Source: Lama guanicoe | Taxonomy: Eukaryota | DNA length: 64,000 bases | Reading direction: 5' to 3' | NCBI GenBank assembly: GCA_013239625.1 | Contig: MU054187.1 | Location: forward strand, 21,703,280 to 21,767,279 | Shown here: positions 25,601 to 38,247 of the stretch, in pieces | Position numbering within the stretch: the first letter of the stretch is position 1 | Layout: each line of letters begins with the position of its first letter | Notes under the pieces: generated by a model | Seen by the model: the letters and a program-made list of their open reading frames with translations, nothing else | What the model was told of the DNA's origin: nothing | Databases searched by the model: none | Program-made: the position numbers and the translations under genes

Positions 25601-26074
25601 ACCTGAAAGACAGGATGTTTCCATAGTTACAGTGTTTAGGTCAGCCCTTTTGAATGCAGCATCGGAAGAACACCCTTGAGCAAATGAGCCACAGCTAATC
25701 CTAACCCAAATAAAGCCACCGCGTAATCTCTCTCCCTCCCAGAGTTAACGCTGGGTTTTAGTGGACTCATTTGTTAAAGTTGAGGGGTGGGGCCAGAACG
25801 TTCTTAAAGCCCTTTTTAGCATTTTAATCTGCTCTCAGCTCTCCTGGTTTTTACCTGTCTTGCTCACCTCTTAAAATCATCACAGGCTTTAATTTTGTTC
25901 TACCTCTAGACATCACTTTGTGCACCGTTGATGACATATTTTTCAGAAAAGGATTTACTATTTATAGAGGAGATCTATGTCTTTCAGAGGGTTATGTTTG
26001 TTTGATTTTCCTGAGAAATTAGATGCTTCCCAGGTGGCTGTATAGGTCAGGTCCTATAATATAAATGTATCTTT

Positions 26075-26345
26075 TCTTTTAATTGAAGTATAGTCAGTTA
26101 CAATGTGTCAATTTCTGGTATACAGCATAACGTTTCAGTTATATGTATACATAACATACTTACCTTCTCATATTCTTTTTCAGTATAGGTTACTACAGGA
26201 TATTTAGTATAGTTCCTGTGCTGTACAGAAGAAACTTGTGTGGTTTTTAAATCTATTTTATGTATAGTAGTTAATATTTGCAAACCTCAAACTCCCAGTT
26301 TATCCCTTCCCACCTCCTTTCCCGCCGGTAACCATAAGTTTGTTT
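26075..26345 (-). mobile_element. Artiodactyl-type L1 3' end (second copy at about 29615-29760)
   Basis: ttttaattgaagtatagtcagttacaatgtgtcaatttctggt, with a near-identical start at 29620. Confidence 0.75.
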
Positions 26346-26758
26346 AAATGTAACCTTTTAAAGTAAACTGGATGCCTGCACATGTGCATGTATTCAACAG
26401 CTACAGTGCCAGCCCGGGAGGAGGATGTATATGTGTTCTTCACCTGCCCCTTGTCAGCACCCAGGCCGATCTGCAGGGCTGCAGGAAAGTGCACAGTGAG
26501 GCTGACGGCTCTCACTTGAAATTCACAACTTCAGCTGGACCAGTGGTGGGGTCCAGCATTCCTTCTACACGACTTGCTCTCTGTCTCTCCTGGATGCGGA
26601 GTTCCCACTTTCTCCTCTTTTCTCAGCTGCTAACCGCCTCTACCCCCTCCACTGATAAGAAAATAAAAAGCAACCAGGAGGAAGTATCTAACTTTCCCCT
26701 TACTTATCTACTATCATGCCTACACCTGCACTGGGCACTCTGCTGAGCTTTAATTATT

Positions 26759-26900
26759 TTGGAGAGGGAGGTAGGAAGAAGGAAATTAGGCTTATTTATT
26801 TATTTTAAAAAATTTGTTTTTAAATGAAGGTACTGGGGATTGAACCCAGGACCCCATGCCTGCTAAGCACATGCTCTACCACTGAGCTATACCACTGCCC
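26759..26900 (-). mobile_element. vic-1-like SINE with a 17-bp target-site duplication
   Basis: ggtactggggattgaacccaggacc...ctctaccactgagctatac. Flanked by gctgagctttaattatt (26742) and gctgagcttcaatcatt (26901). Confidence 0.85.
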
Positions 26901-26919
26901 GCTGAGCTTCAATCATTAA

Positions 26920-28622
26920 TATGCCCTTTTATTATTCAAGGCCGATCTTCAGCTTGTCTGATTCACAGCCCCTCTTGGACCTCCAGCTATTTCTTTAGTG
27001 GCTGGCTCTTCTCTCTCCTGCGGCATGAATTCTCCCCCTTCCCTCTTACCCAGTCATTCCTAACAGCAGACTCACATGTTGAAATAGCTTCATCTTTTAA
27101 AGAAGAAAGAAACGAAGAGGGGAAAAAAAAAAACTTCCTGGAGAGACCCCACAGTTCCCTGTAGCTACTGCTGCATGTCTGTGTTCCACTTTGCAGCAGA
27201 ATTCTCCGAAAGAGCTGCCTACTCCAGCTTTCCTTCCACTCTGCCTTGGAATCTCTCCATTAAGGTTGCTCCTCTGCCTGAACAGCGCTGTCCAAGGTCG
27301 CCCGTGATCCTTCCAAAGACAAATCTACAGATCAGGTCTTGGTGAATCAGTTCTCCCTGACAGGAGTACTTAACATGGTCGCTTTTTCTCACACTCTGCC
27401 CTTGGCTTCCCAGAGCCCACTCTTTCTACGTCTCTTAACTTCAGTGGCAGGTTGCCCTTCATTCTCCAGACCTTAAACACTGGCGTACCCCAGGGTCAGC
27501 CATTGGAATTTTCTCTTTCTATGCTCACCTCCTAGGTGAATCCGGTGAGTTCCATCCTGTGTCCTAAAATGTCTTATTTACTGATGGCTACCTAATTTCT
27601 GTCTCCAGCTTGGACCTCTCTCCCAGCCCACATACCCACAGATCCAGTGGTCTTCTTGATTTCTCCCCTTAGATGTCAAAACGTCCAAAGTCGAGTTCCT
27701 GATTTCCAGTGCCCCAAACCCGTTCCTCCTGCAGACTTACTCACTCCAGGTGCTCTTGATTCCTTTCTCAGGAGCTGCTGCTGGCCCGACCGTCAAACTT
27801 GATCCTGAATCTCACTATTTCTCACGACCTCCACAGCTACCCCCCCCCACCCAAGCCACGACCATCTCTTGAATGGATTATTGCCAGACGCTTCTCACTG
27901 ACTCCCTTTCTTCTACCCAGAGGAGTCCAAGAGAACTTTTTAAAATACGGAGTCAGGTCACCGTGTGCTCAAAGCCTTCCAGTGGCTTTGCATTTCCCTG
28001 GGAGTAAAAGCTGAAGTCTTTACAGCCGCCCGCAGGGCCGCAGAGATCTGGCCCCTGGCTCTCTCTTCCACGTTATCATCTTTGTCTCCCTGTCTCCCAG
28101 TCTCTCTCTTCCCCCCTTCCTCCTCCATGTCCTTTCTCCCTCCTTTCATCACCCCCTCCCCCATTCTTCCTCTCAATCACTATTCTGGCCACAGTGGAGA
28201 GGCCCGCCCGCCTCTCCTTGAAGGATCTGAGCACTTTAAAGCCTTTGCACTTGCTGCTTCCGTCAGATGCTCACAGGAGTCACTTTTTTTCAATATCATA
28301 CAGAATAGTTTTATCGTCCTAAAAATCTTCTGTGCTCCACCTATTCATCTATCCTTAACCCTAGTCTTTTTTTGTTTGTTTGTTTCTTTTTCTGCCACAG
28401 GAGTCACTTTTTGCATTCAGTTCAATTGCCACCTTATCAGGAACCTCTTCTCTGAAAATCCTGTTAAGTATAGCACCTCCCCCAAGCATTCCACCTAATG
28501 TAGTTGTTTGTCCATTATTAACGCCCCTCCCCTATTTGAGGATGGGGACTTTGTTCTGTCCCTACTGTATTGTTGACCCAGAATGAGCCTGGCACGCCAT
28601 GAGTGCTGAGTGAATGGATGAA
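26920..28622 (+). mobile_element. L2 fragments
   Basis: Pyrimidine-rich L2 motifs (ctccagcttggacctctctccc; ctcaaagccttccagtggc) ending in gagtgaatggatgaa. Confidence 0.6.
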
Positions 28623-29122
28623 CGTGGTGGTAATTCACTGTAGGATTTTATTAAGTCTGAAGGTCTTATGTAATAAAATATCATAGAAATTCACATGCAA
28701 CTTTTAAAAACACTACAGAAAATACGGTAGGTCCGTATACAGACAAACTCTTTACTCATGATGCCTTGTTTCAACCTGTGCTTGAAGATAAGGCTGTTAC
28801 TTAGCACCATTAAGTATTAATTATGTAGCAGACATTGTGCTGAGATTATCCAGTTTAATTCCCCGCAATTCAGCACGTGTTGTTATCCCGTTTGACAAAG
28901 AAAGGAAATGAGGCTTAAAGAGCATGAGGCCAGCTGAAGGAAGGAAGTGGCAGGGCGGGGATCGGATGGCGGCCGAAGCAAACTTCAGAACGATGGCTCG
29001 ATGGCTCGGCTGCTAAAATAAAAGCCTCCCGGAGAGGAGTGGAAAGTGACACATGCGCAGTTCATGTTGGTCATTTATATGTTTATAAACTTAAATAGAA
29101 AAATATTTAAGAAAATGTTTCA

Positions 29123-29240
29123 GGGAAGGGTATAGCTAAGAGCAGAGGTCCTGGGTTCAATCCTCAGTACCTCCATTAAAATGAATAAATAAATAAATAA
29201 ACCTAATTACCTCCCTCACTTCAAAAAATTAATTAAATCT
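29123..29240 (+). mobile_element. vic-1-like SINE with an internal deletion in the tRNA-like head
   Basis: gggaagggtatagct..agaggtcctgggttcaatcctcagtacctcc + (AAAT)n + cctaattacctccc. Confidence 0.75.
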
Positions 29241-31263
29241 ATTTTAAAACTGTTTAAAAAAGTAAGCGTGCAAATTAACAAAAAATGAAGTTGAAAACTT
29301 AAATTTTTTTTTTTTAAAAGGAAAGAATGTTCAGTTTTGGAAATCAAGGGTTAAAGTTTGTCATTGTGAAGCGGCAATGTAAACGAGATGCTTTTGAAAA
29401 GTTTTGAGCTGAAAGTGAGATCTCGTGGTTCTTTGCCCGATGACCTAGCATAGTTCTGTGATGTGGTTCATAGATTCTAATTCCTACCCGGTGAGCTGTT
29501 GCTATGGCTGTAAAGGCTTTTGTGTGTGAGTCCAGTAAATTCCGAAAACACAGAGCTGGCTTGGAGTGCCCTGGGCTGCTGCTTCAGGGGAAAGGCATGA
29601 ATTCACAACTTAAGATTTTTTTTTAATTGAAGCGTAGTCCGTTACAATGTGTCAGTTTCTGGTGTGCAGCACAATGTCCCAGTCATGCATATACATACAT
29701 ATATTCGTTTTCATATTCTTTTTCATTATACGTTACTACAAGATGTAGAATATAGTTCCCTTAAGATTTGTACAGTCAAGTTTGCAGTTGACGATTGCTC
29801 TTCAGAAAGACAGCTTCCCTACTCAAGAACAGAGACTCTGGGAAGGGAGATGACACAGGGAGGGAACTGCTAAGTCCCAGGGAAGAGGATACCAGCAAAA
29901 GCACGCCTGAGCCTGTTTCTCATTTTCTGGTTTTCTAGACGAGATGCAGCCAAACTCTAGTCAGACTTGGGGACTCCGTCAGCCTCATGTTTTGGTTCTT
30001 CCTTCTCCCTGCCACTTCCCTCTTGCTCTCCTGCTCCACTCTCTGGGGTATAAATCCCCTTCCCAAAGACCTGAGTGATGAGACAACAGTAATCTGGTAT
30101 TTTGGGTAAGACATCAAATAGATCAATAGCACCGGCATTTCACTTAAAGGTTCCAAACGCCTGTGAAGTGAGCAGTTGCTGATGGTCACACTTGCTCCCC
30201 GTGGAAGGAAACAATGTGCTGTCGTAGGTTTTTGTAGGAGGCACCTTTTTACAGAATCAAGAAAGTAGTGATGCCCTGGGGTAGCTGGTAGCTAGTTATG
30301 TGAAGCTAAATCTTGTTCATTAATGTAGATAATGTGCTGAATATTGTCAGTAAGGACATTAATGGGCTTTTTCATGACTACCATGAATCTTAAAATGTGA
30401 CTCCACATTTGAGATTGTCTGTTGTCTAACCCACTCTGGAATAAGGAGCTGTAAGGTAACCTCTTCTTTGAGGTTCTGTTCCATGGGGGGCACCAGTGTC
30501 AAAAATGTGAGTGAGAACTAATTAGAGGAACTCTACAGCATTCCTGAATTCATTCATGACATGACAGCATGAACATTTTCATTGATTTTCTCTAATGTGA
30601 ATGAAACTACCCAGCTTTGGTATTTACTAGTACACAACTTGTGCGATCGAATTTGATGGCTTGTTGCTTTTGTACTTTGTGTTGGGATGGCGTGATTCAT
30701 TCCTCTGTTTTCGTTGTGAATTTCAAAAAAGAAAAGGAAATGCAGACCGTGTATTTCTAGGTATTACATTGTGGGTATAATTCAGAATTTTCCCCCCAAG
30801 GATCTTAACTTCATTATTTTAAAATTGCTGAGATACAATTTTTCAGAGTTTCTAAAATAATTGAGGGCTGTCTTTAGACAAGACTGTTTATGAACAGAGA
30901 AATAAGATCGGAGGTGACGGAGCGGGCAATTAGCAGCGCGTCTTCAGGATTAGCCCAGAAGGTGACGTGAAGTATTCTTACTGTGTTCCTTTATTTTTGT
31001 GGGCTTTGTGTCATGACCTCTTCATTTTTCTTCCATTCCAACATCTGCTGGCTTTTAAGTGGAATCATTTCTTTGGTATTTTCAGTGTTTGAGAGTTGTT
31101 CTGCACATACCCAGCTATTGTTCCCAAGCAACTGACTGGGTCAAATTTAGGATTGAGCTCTCATGCTGTGACCTTAATAACCATCCCTTTTTGGCTTTAA
31201 AATAGGACTTGTAACTGATTTCATTGTTCTTTGTTCTTCTTTTTTTTTTTCCCCCTAAAACAG

Positions 31264-31373
31264 GCTGCAGATACTTTGGCTGTGAGGCAAAAAAGAAGAA
31301 TTTATGATATCACCAATGTCTTGGAAGGAATTGACCTAATTGAAAAAAAGTCAAAAAATAGTATACAATGGAA
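31264..31373 (+). CDS. E2F5: E2F5 exon 2 ([37 protein letters not shown])
   Basis: cag|GCT ... AA|gtaagt; contains the E2F signature [12 protein letters not shown]. Confidence 0.97.
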
Positions 31374-32222
31374 GTAAGTCACAAACCAGTACTCTGTGCT
31401 ACAACCTTTAGTTTTCTTCTCAGTGCCCTGTAAAATCTGATCTCCTCACCATTTATCTCTCTGAGTCCTCTATATCAGCCTCTAGTCACACCAGGCCCCC
31501 CCCACCATGTCCCTGGGCACACCTCCCTGGGCTTCTGTGTCGCTCCTGTGTTGGGATGTCCCCTTGCCCTCTCTGCTATTCAATTTACATTCTTAGTATT
31601 CAAATATTTTCTCCGTCAGGCTGCTTCCTTGGTACACACCGCGTACTGCTTTGTATTATTAATCCCTCTCTGCCTAAGTGTTTCTCTGTCCAACTAAAAC
31701 AAACTACTTGAAAACAGGAACTGTATCTTACATGTAGGAATATGTACTTTATAAACAACAGTTAGTTGAAAAGCATGTCATTTGTTAACTGTTGTATGAA
31801 TGTGACAAACACTTCCTGTTCCACAAAAATGTGTCCCCTTTGGCTTTGGTTTGTTTTAGCCCCAAAGCCCACCAAAATAGTAAAAGTTTGTAATCTGATT
31901 TACTAGCATCTCAGGCTACATAGGGAGACTTCCAGGTGTGACTCTTCGGCTTTGACATGCTTTTGGTGCCTCAGTCACCAGCCTGACCTTCCAGATAGAA
32001 CATACTGGGAATTTTTGTTCTTGCCAATAAATTGTCTAAGGAAACATGTTCAGAGGTACGGGGTTTTCAATTTTCCAAGGGTTTTAATGCTTGATGTTTA
32101 GAAAAGGGTAAAGATTTCTGTCTTGAATATGTTACTAATTCAGTGAGTTTTATTACTGCAAAAATTAAGTGATGCTAACCTGGATCTGATACTGAGGACG
32201 TTAATTTTCATATGTTTTTAAG

Positions 32223-32384
32223 AGGTGTAGGTGCTGGCTGTAATACTAAAGAAGTCATAGATAGACTAAGATACCTTAAAGCTGAAATTGAAGATCTAGA
32301 ACTGAAGGAAAGAGAACTTGATCAGCAGAAGTTGTGGCTACAGCAGAGCATCAAAAACGTGATGGACGACTCCGTTAATAACAG
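32223..32384 (+). CDS. E2F5: E2F5 exon 3 ([54 protein letters not shown])
   Basis: aag|AGGT; coiled-coil DP-dimerisation region; ends at the U12 donor AG|atatcctttt. Confidence 0.96.
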
Positions 32385-33690
32385 ATATCCTTTTAAGTCA
32401 CTTGTACATACATATATAGCCGTGGAATATGTATTTATATAATACATGCTTTCAGTCTGAAGATCAGTTACTTTATCCTAGTATTTTTAGAGAGTTCAGT
32501 TTTGCAGGTGAATATAACATTAGTTTTATAACATTCTTCTCATAATTTATACTAATATTTAAACATTTTTACCTTTTTAAGTTATTTGGTACATCTGTCA
32601 GCACTGTTTCTGTGTTGCATTGAGAAAAACAAACTCATCTAGTTTCGGTCTACCCATGGATAGGATGTGTAATATGCTAGCAAAGGTGTGCTTAGGGGCG
32701 TGTGAATTTGGAAGTCAATGTTAAGTGCATAGTCATACTTACATCTTTGTTCTGTACTTCAGTCATTCGGGGTTCCAAAGTGGTAGAAATTCAAGTTTTG
32801 AAAAATTACTTTTGGTTTGAAAATGAAACATCATGGGCCTGCGATCGGTCCGGGATACGTTCTACCTAATATGAACCCAAAGACTACTTCCTTGGTGGGG
32901 GGGGGTGGTTCCGAGGCTGGTCTGTCTGTCCTCCTGTATTGGAGGGAAAACGTTAGTGCTGTCCTCCGTGTGTTTCTCACAGTCACTGTGTGTGTCTGCG
33001 ATTCTCTTGATTTGTAAACTTACCTGTACTTGTAAGGAACGTTTTAACTACGTTGACCTCGTACCACCTCTCATGAACTTTGGACTAATATATACAAATT
33101 ATTATTCGCGTTGTCTTGTGTTTGGTGAACAAGTCCCTGATCTCACCTGTTACTTCTTTTCTGTGGATCAGAACTCCTTAACAGTTTGACAATAATGGGG
33201 GGCTTTCAGCTGTGCCCTGTGGAGCCCCAAGATTCAAAAACCATTGAACTAGTTGGTCTTGCACTTTGCTGCCCTGCTTTCCGAGATTCTGGCCGCCCCC
33301 AGTCCCCTAAACCGTGACCCAAGGAGACTTTCGGTGCGGAGGCTTACGCAGGCGCCCTTCACTCCTGCCCGTAGCATGCTCTTCCCCGTCGGTGTCCTGC
33401 CCCCAGAAGCCCGTTTCCACGAGGAATATGTCTTCCATCTCTCCCAAGCGTCCTCAGACATCACAGAAATCAAAAGTGGCTTCTTCTCAAAGGATGGACA
33501 CTTCTCTTACGGACCTTTGTTTGATTGCCTTTGCCTTTTCAGACTAAAAGAGTTGGTTCTTTTTTATCTGACCATGTGTGACAGTCCCTTCATGCATTTG
33601 GTCATTTTGTTTATTTTGGCCTTCAGATTTATTATCTTAATTTCAACGTCTCCACCTTGATATAAATGTTCCTTAACTCTGTGACAGTAC
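32385..33690 (+). other. E2F5: U12-type (minor spliceosome) AT-AC intron
   Basis: 5' site ATATCCTTT, branch site TTCCTTAAC at 33669-33677, terminal AC at 33689-33690. Splicing restores the frame R-F-S-Y. Confidence 0.95.
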
Positions 33691-33734
33691 ATTTTCCTAT
33701 GTAACTCATGAAGACATCTGTAATTGCTTTAATG
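33691..33734 (+). CDS. E2F5: E2F5 exon 4 (FSYVTHEDICNCFNG)
   Basis: tac|ATTTTCC ... AATG|gtaagt, 44 nt. Confidence 0.95.
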
Positions 33735-35035
33735 GTAAGTACTGTTAGTCAATTTTTTCTCACATTCTTCCTCTGATCAACCTGTTTAGTGTAACGTGAC
33801 TCAGAATTCCCCATGCGTGCACCCCAAGTCGTTATCTTCCAGAGTCGTGGACATTTTGTCTTACAGTACAGTGCCATGTGTTGATAGCTGCTGTCACTTC
33901 AGTTCTCATGACAATAACTGCTTTTCACACTTGATTACAGGCATTGGCAGGTATAAACTGTGTGTGGGAGAGGCAGCTGTCAGAGAGGGATTAAGCGATG
34001 GTCTCAAAGTCACAGAATCACGAAGTCATTGACCAAACTGGAACCAGAACACGACTCTCCTTGGCACTGTTTATGAAACATTAGGCAGCAAGTGTGGTCA
34101 TAAATGGAACTCAGAAAAAGCAAGGGGACAGAGTGAAGTGTATCTGTTTTATAGCCAGGAAGATTATCCCTCACCCTATTCCGTCCCCAGCCTCCACGTT
34201 TTCCCCTTGAAATGACAATATCATGTATTAATAACTAAAACGGGGGGGTGTCCATAGTTGCCACTTAGGACAGTATGTGGGGATGACCATATCCATGGCT
34301 GTGCCCATTTTATATGTATCTATAAAATTTTGCACACAGTTATATTTAATTTTACAATGCTCTATTAAAAGGACAGTCTTGTGTATCACGCACATACCAA
34401 AAAAAGCTGCCACACACCTTGTCACGTCAAATCTGATTCTTCAGACCACGTTGGTAATATATCTGACGTTATGGCTCTGCTTTGCCACCGTATCTCCCAA
34501 GCTTTCAAAGGAAGTTTGGGGATGTATTCTTAACCTTCAGCTCAGCAGAGATGGCTGCAGAATTGGGCTTCCAAAGGAAGTTCACTTAAGCGCACGATTT
34601 CCCTGTATCGTACCTTATCTCTAGTATCTCCAGTCATTAGATCGTCTACTTCAAGCAGAGTGTTATTTAGCTGAGGCTAAAAGCTTTCATGAATCTCAGA
34701 CCTGGCGCAAGACTGAGTGAAAGCAAAGTGGACTCGGACTGAATTTGTTAATGAGAATAATGGAGCGAACGCCGAGTATTTGCCCTGTTCTAAGACTTAC
34801 TAATACATACAGTGCCTCATTTAGTCCTCAGAACAAACCGGTGCAGTAAGTTCTACTTCCTCTGCCTCCATTTCACAGAAGTAAGAACCGAAGCCCGAGG
34901 CCCCCCAGCCTGGGATTCAAATCCACGCATTCTCAGAGCACATACTCCTGGCCACTGAGTTCCAGGGTTAATAGTATTTTCTAAAATATTTCTAAAATGT
35001 AAAAATCTTTATTTCTTAATTTTTTTTCTGACCAG

Positions 35036-35100
35036 GTGATACACTTTTGGCCATTCAAGCACCTTCTGGTACACAGCTGGAGGTACCTATTCCAGAAATG
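35036..35100 (+). CDS. E2F5: E2F5 exon 5 (DTLLAIQAPSGTQLEVPIPEM)
   Basis: ccag|GT ... ATG|gtgtgt; marked-box domain. Confidence 0.96.
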
Positions 35101-36195
35101 GTGTGTATGTAGGATAACTTTGGTTAAAATGCATCTGCTGTTCAAGAGGGACAAAAGTTTATTTTCTTTAGCTGAACATGACCTAATACTTTCAAGTTAC
35201 TGCTTTTAAGTTGTCTGAAAGTGTTGATATCTGAATTTGGATGTCTTCAGTACTTAGGTAAAATTATAGAAGTGATTGAATCATTTAGCATTTTCTTTTC
35301 TTTAAGTTTGATTTTATTTGAGCTAGAAGATATCAAGGAATGTGTAATGATATAATCAATAATCTTAAAAAAAATCAGTCTGACTATATCTATAACCAAT
35401 ATAACAATCCTGACTGAGGAGAATTCACTTTAAATATCAACAATAATATATTGCTCTCAATTCAGTCCTTTAAAAAACGTTTTGTGGCTTATTGAGTCAA
35501 AGATACTTATCGACTCTAAGCTAATACAAGTTCCATTTTAGTTTTTTTGGATTTAAATCTCCTGAAACAAACTGACTTGACAATTATCACCACCAAAAAA
35601 AGAGGTAGAAAGATTTACTATTATCATCTTCCCCCCTCCTCCCAGCTACTCTAGACGTTTGTATTTAGGCATTTCTATTACTGGATTCTGAAGCATCAGA
35701 ATACAAATTACCTTTTTGAAATGGAGGGACTTTAAATTTGTATCTGTAGGCAAAGTCAGCTGTCTTGGTGCTTTGATGAATGGAAAAAAAGTTTTGACTT
35801 GGGCAATAGCTGCCACTTAGGACAGTGTGTTGGGATGACCACATCCATGGCGGCCGATGCCAGGGGATGGACTTCCATAGATACGGACAATGCTTGGAGC
35901 ACTGAGAACACTGACATGTATGATTACAGTAAAAATGGATGGTTTACAGAATTCTACAACTGCAAGTTTTTGATGATCAGGACTTGAGAAAAGCTTACTT
36001 TTAGGGGCGAGTAGTTCATATGCCCTCAATATCCCATTTCACTCTTGGTCTCTACTCTTGTTTTGACTTAGTGACTTTATTTTGTTGTATGTGTTTAGTT
36101 AGTCTCTAGCAGCTTTGCCTGTCTTATTTTTAATGTTTCAAGGTAGCTAGAAATGTTGACATTTCTTCATTTGTTTATACCTAATAACTTCAAAG

Positions 36196-36463
36196 GGTCA
36201 GAATGGACAAAAGAAATACCAGATCAATCTAAAGAGTCATTCAGGACCTATCCACGTGCTGCTTATAAATAAAGAATCCAGCTCATCTAAGCCCGTGGTT
36301 TTTCCCGTTCCCCCACCTGATGACCTCACACAACCTTCCTCCCAGCCCTCGACTCCGGTGACCCCACAGAAATCCAGCCCGGCAACTCAGAACCTGCCTG
36401 AGCAACACGTCCCCGAGAGAAGCCAGAATGTTCAGCAGACACCGGCCACAGACTTATCTTCAG
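36196..36463 (+). CDS. E2F5: E2F5 exon 6 ([27 protein letters not shown]...QTPATDLSS)
   Basis: aaag|GGT ... TCAG|gtgggt. Confidence 0.96.
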
Positions 36464-38199
36464 GTGGGTTCAGGGCCTTTGTTTTAAAAAGTAGAGCAGG
36501 GGAAATATAAATTCTATATTAAACAAGTTGGAGAGCTTTTCTGTATTTGTCAGTTGTGACTTTATTCTATTATCTGGTACAGGAGGCAAAATTTTAAACT
36601 TGATCAACAAGTAATTTCGTGTCTCCTGTGTGCCCAGCACTGCGATAGGTATTACGAGGAAAATTTAAAAACAGATCTTGTCTTTAATTATATCACTACA
36701 TACTTTTCTCATAGGCTGTGTGAATATATATATTTATGCAATTTTCCTTAGGGTTCCATTTTTAGAATTAGACCAAATTTGTTCCCCCCACCCTCCTTTT
36801 ACTATTTAAGCTTTTTATCTGAGATTTACTTTGTTAAGGTTCTTTTCTCTCTTAGTAACTCTACTATACACAAGTGAAATGTGCTTTAGCTACCTTTAAG
36901 AAAAATGATACCAGTGTAATTAGTGACTCATGCCTCCTGTTCTCTGCATTTTCTATTGTTATACTTTTTTTATTTGGAAAGCTTAGTTTTACAGAGTTGA
37001 TAAGTGGTCTCAACTATAATTATTTAGGAAGTTATGCCTTCCTAAGTTGCTTCATCTGTGAATTGATAAATAGTCGAAACTCTAAAAACTGGGCATCAGG
37101 AATACAGCCACATGTCCTAAGGTTCCCTGGTACCCAGTCTTTCCCCTGGGTTACATGGCAAGGTATTTCGCAGCTCCTTAGTGATTCTAAATAAAGGACC
37201 ATGGTTGATGCTCTCTCAGTGGTTGTTGAATGAATGATTGCCATGCCAGTACAAACACAGTACAGCAGATAATTAAAAACTTGTTTATCTTTACCTTTGG
37301 GATGTGGTCTACTCTCCGAGTTCACAGTGGTTTAGAGTGAGACTAAAAAGATCTCACAGACACAGAGTATTTTCTAGCTTCCTGTTGTTCATACCCTTCC
37401 CCTATAAGTATTTCTATACCATAGGCCGCAGGGGTGCACAACAGAAAGTGTCAGCCTTCGAAAGCTTATACCCTAATTATAATCCCAATTAGGGATGAAT
37501 AAAGTAGGCTGGCTTTGTATAGTTTAGCTTAGACACAATTAGTACATTGGCTTCCACAAAGCATTAAAAAACTTTTGAGTACTTCATTTCTGTACATGAT
37601 TTTGTATTTGTAAGATTTGTAAGGTAAGAGAGGGCCTTGAGTATCAGGCTGAGTTAGGGCTTCAGAGGATAAAACCAGTGAAGATTTGTGGCCAGGGAGG
37701 TGGCACGTTTAGAACTGTATCCTGGTGAGCACAGAAGTAGCATAATTAGGAAAGAAGAGGCTGTTGGCCAAGGGGAAAAGAGATTAGAGGCAGCGGAGAC
37801 AAGATTAGATATTTGTAGTTACGAAACTGTGAGAGAACACTGAGGCTAAAATGAGGTGATGACAATGGGATTGGAACAGATTTGAGAAATACTGTTCAGG
37901 CAAAATAAGTAACATTTGATGTTATGAGCTCTAATGATAAAATTAACAGGAGGAATGGAAAGTGATGTTGAAGTTTTAAGGTTGGGTGATTGGGAGAATC
38001 ACGGTACCACTGACGTTTTAAGACTTGAGGAGTCAGATTTGGGAGAAAAACGATGAGTCTCTTGGCCTGTATCTAGAGTTTGGAAGTTTAAAAGTAATGC
38101 CAGGTAAGAGCAGATGCCATGAAAATGCCGTGTTTCCATAAAGTTCTAGTATTTTAATTTTGTACTGTTCATTAAGCTTTATCACATTTCTGTCTCCAG

Positions 38200-38247
38200 C
38201 AGGATCTATTAGTGGGGATATCATTGATGAGTTAATGTCTTCTGATG
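38200..38247 (+). CDS. E2F5: E2F5 exon 7 (AGSISGDIIDELMSSD), NAGNAG acceptor
   Basis: ctccag|CAG|GA ... GATG|gtaagt. Confidence 0.95.

Noticed and set aside
27965..28498. 177-aa ORF
   Set aside because: It lies in pyrimidine-rich L2 and low-complexity sequence.
33253..33660. 135-aa ORF within the U12 intron
   Set aside because: Non-ATG start, no homology that I recognise, no supporting exon structure.
35817..35852. Minus-strand gccatggatgtggtc resembling histone H4 AMDVV codons
   Set aside because: The similarity stops after 15 nt and is coincidental; no histone pseudogene is supported.
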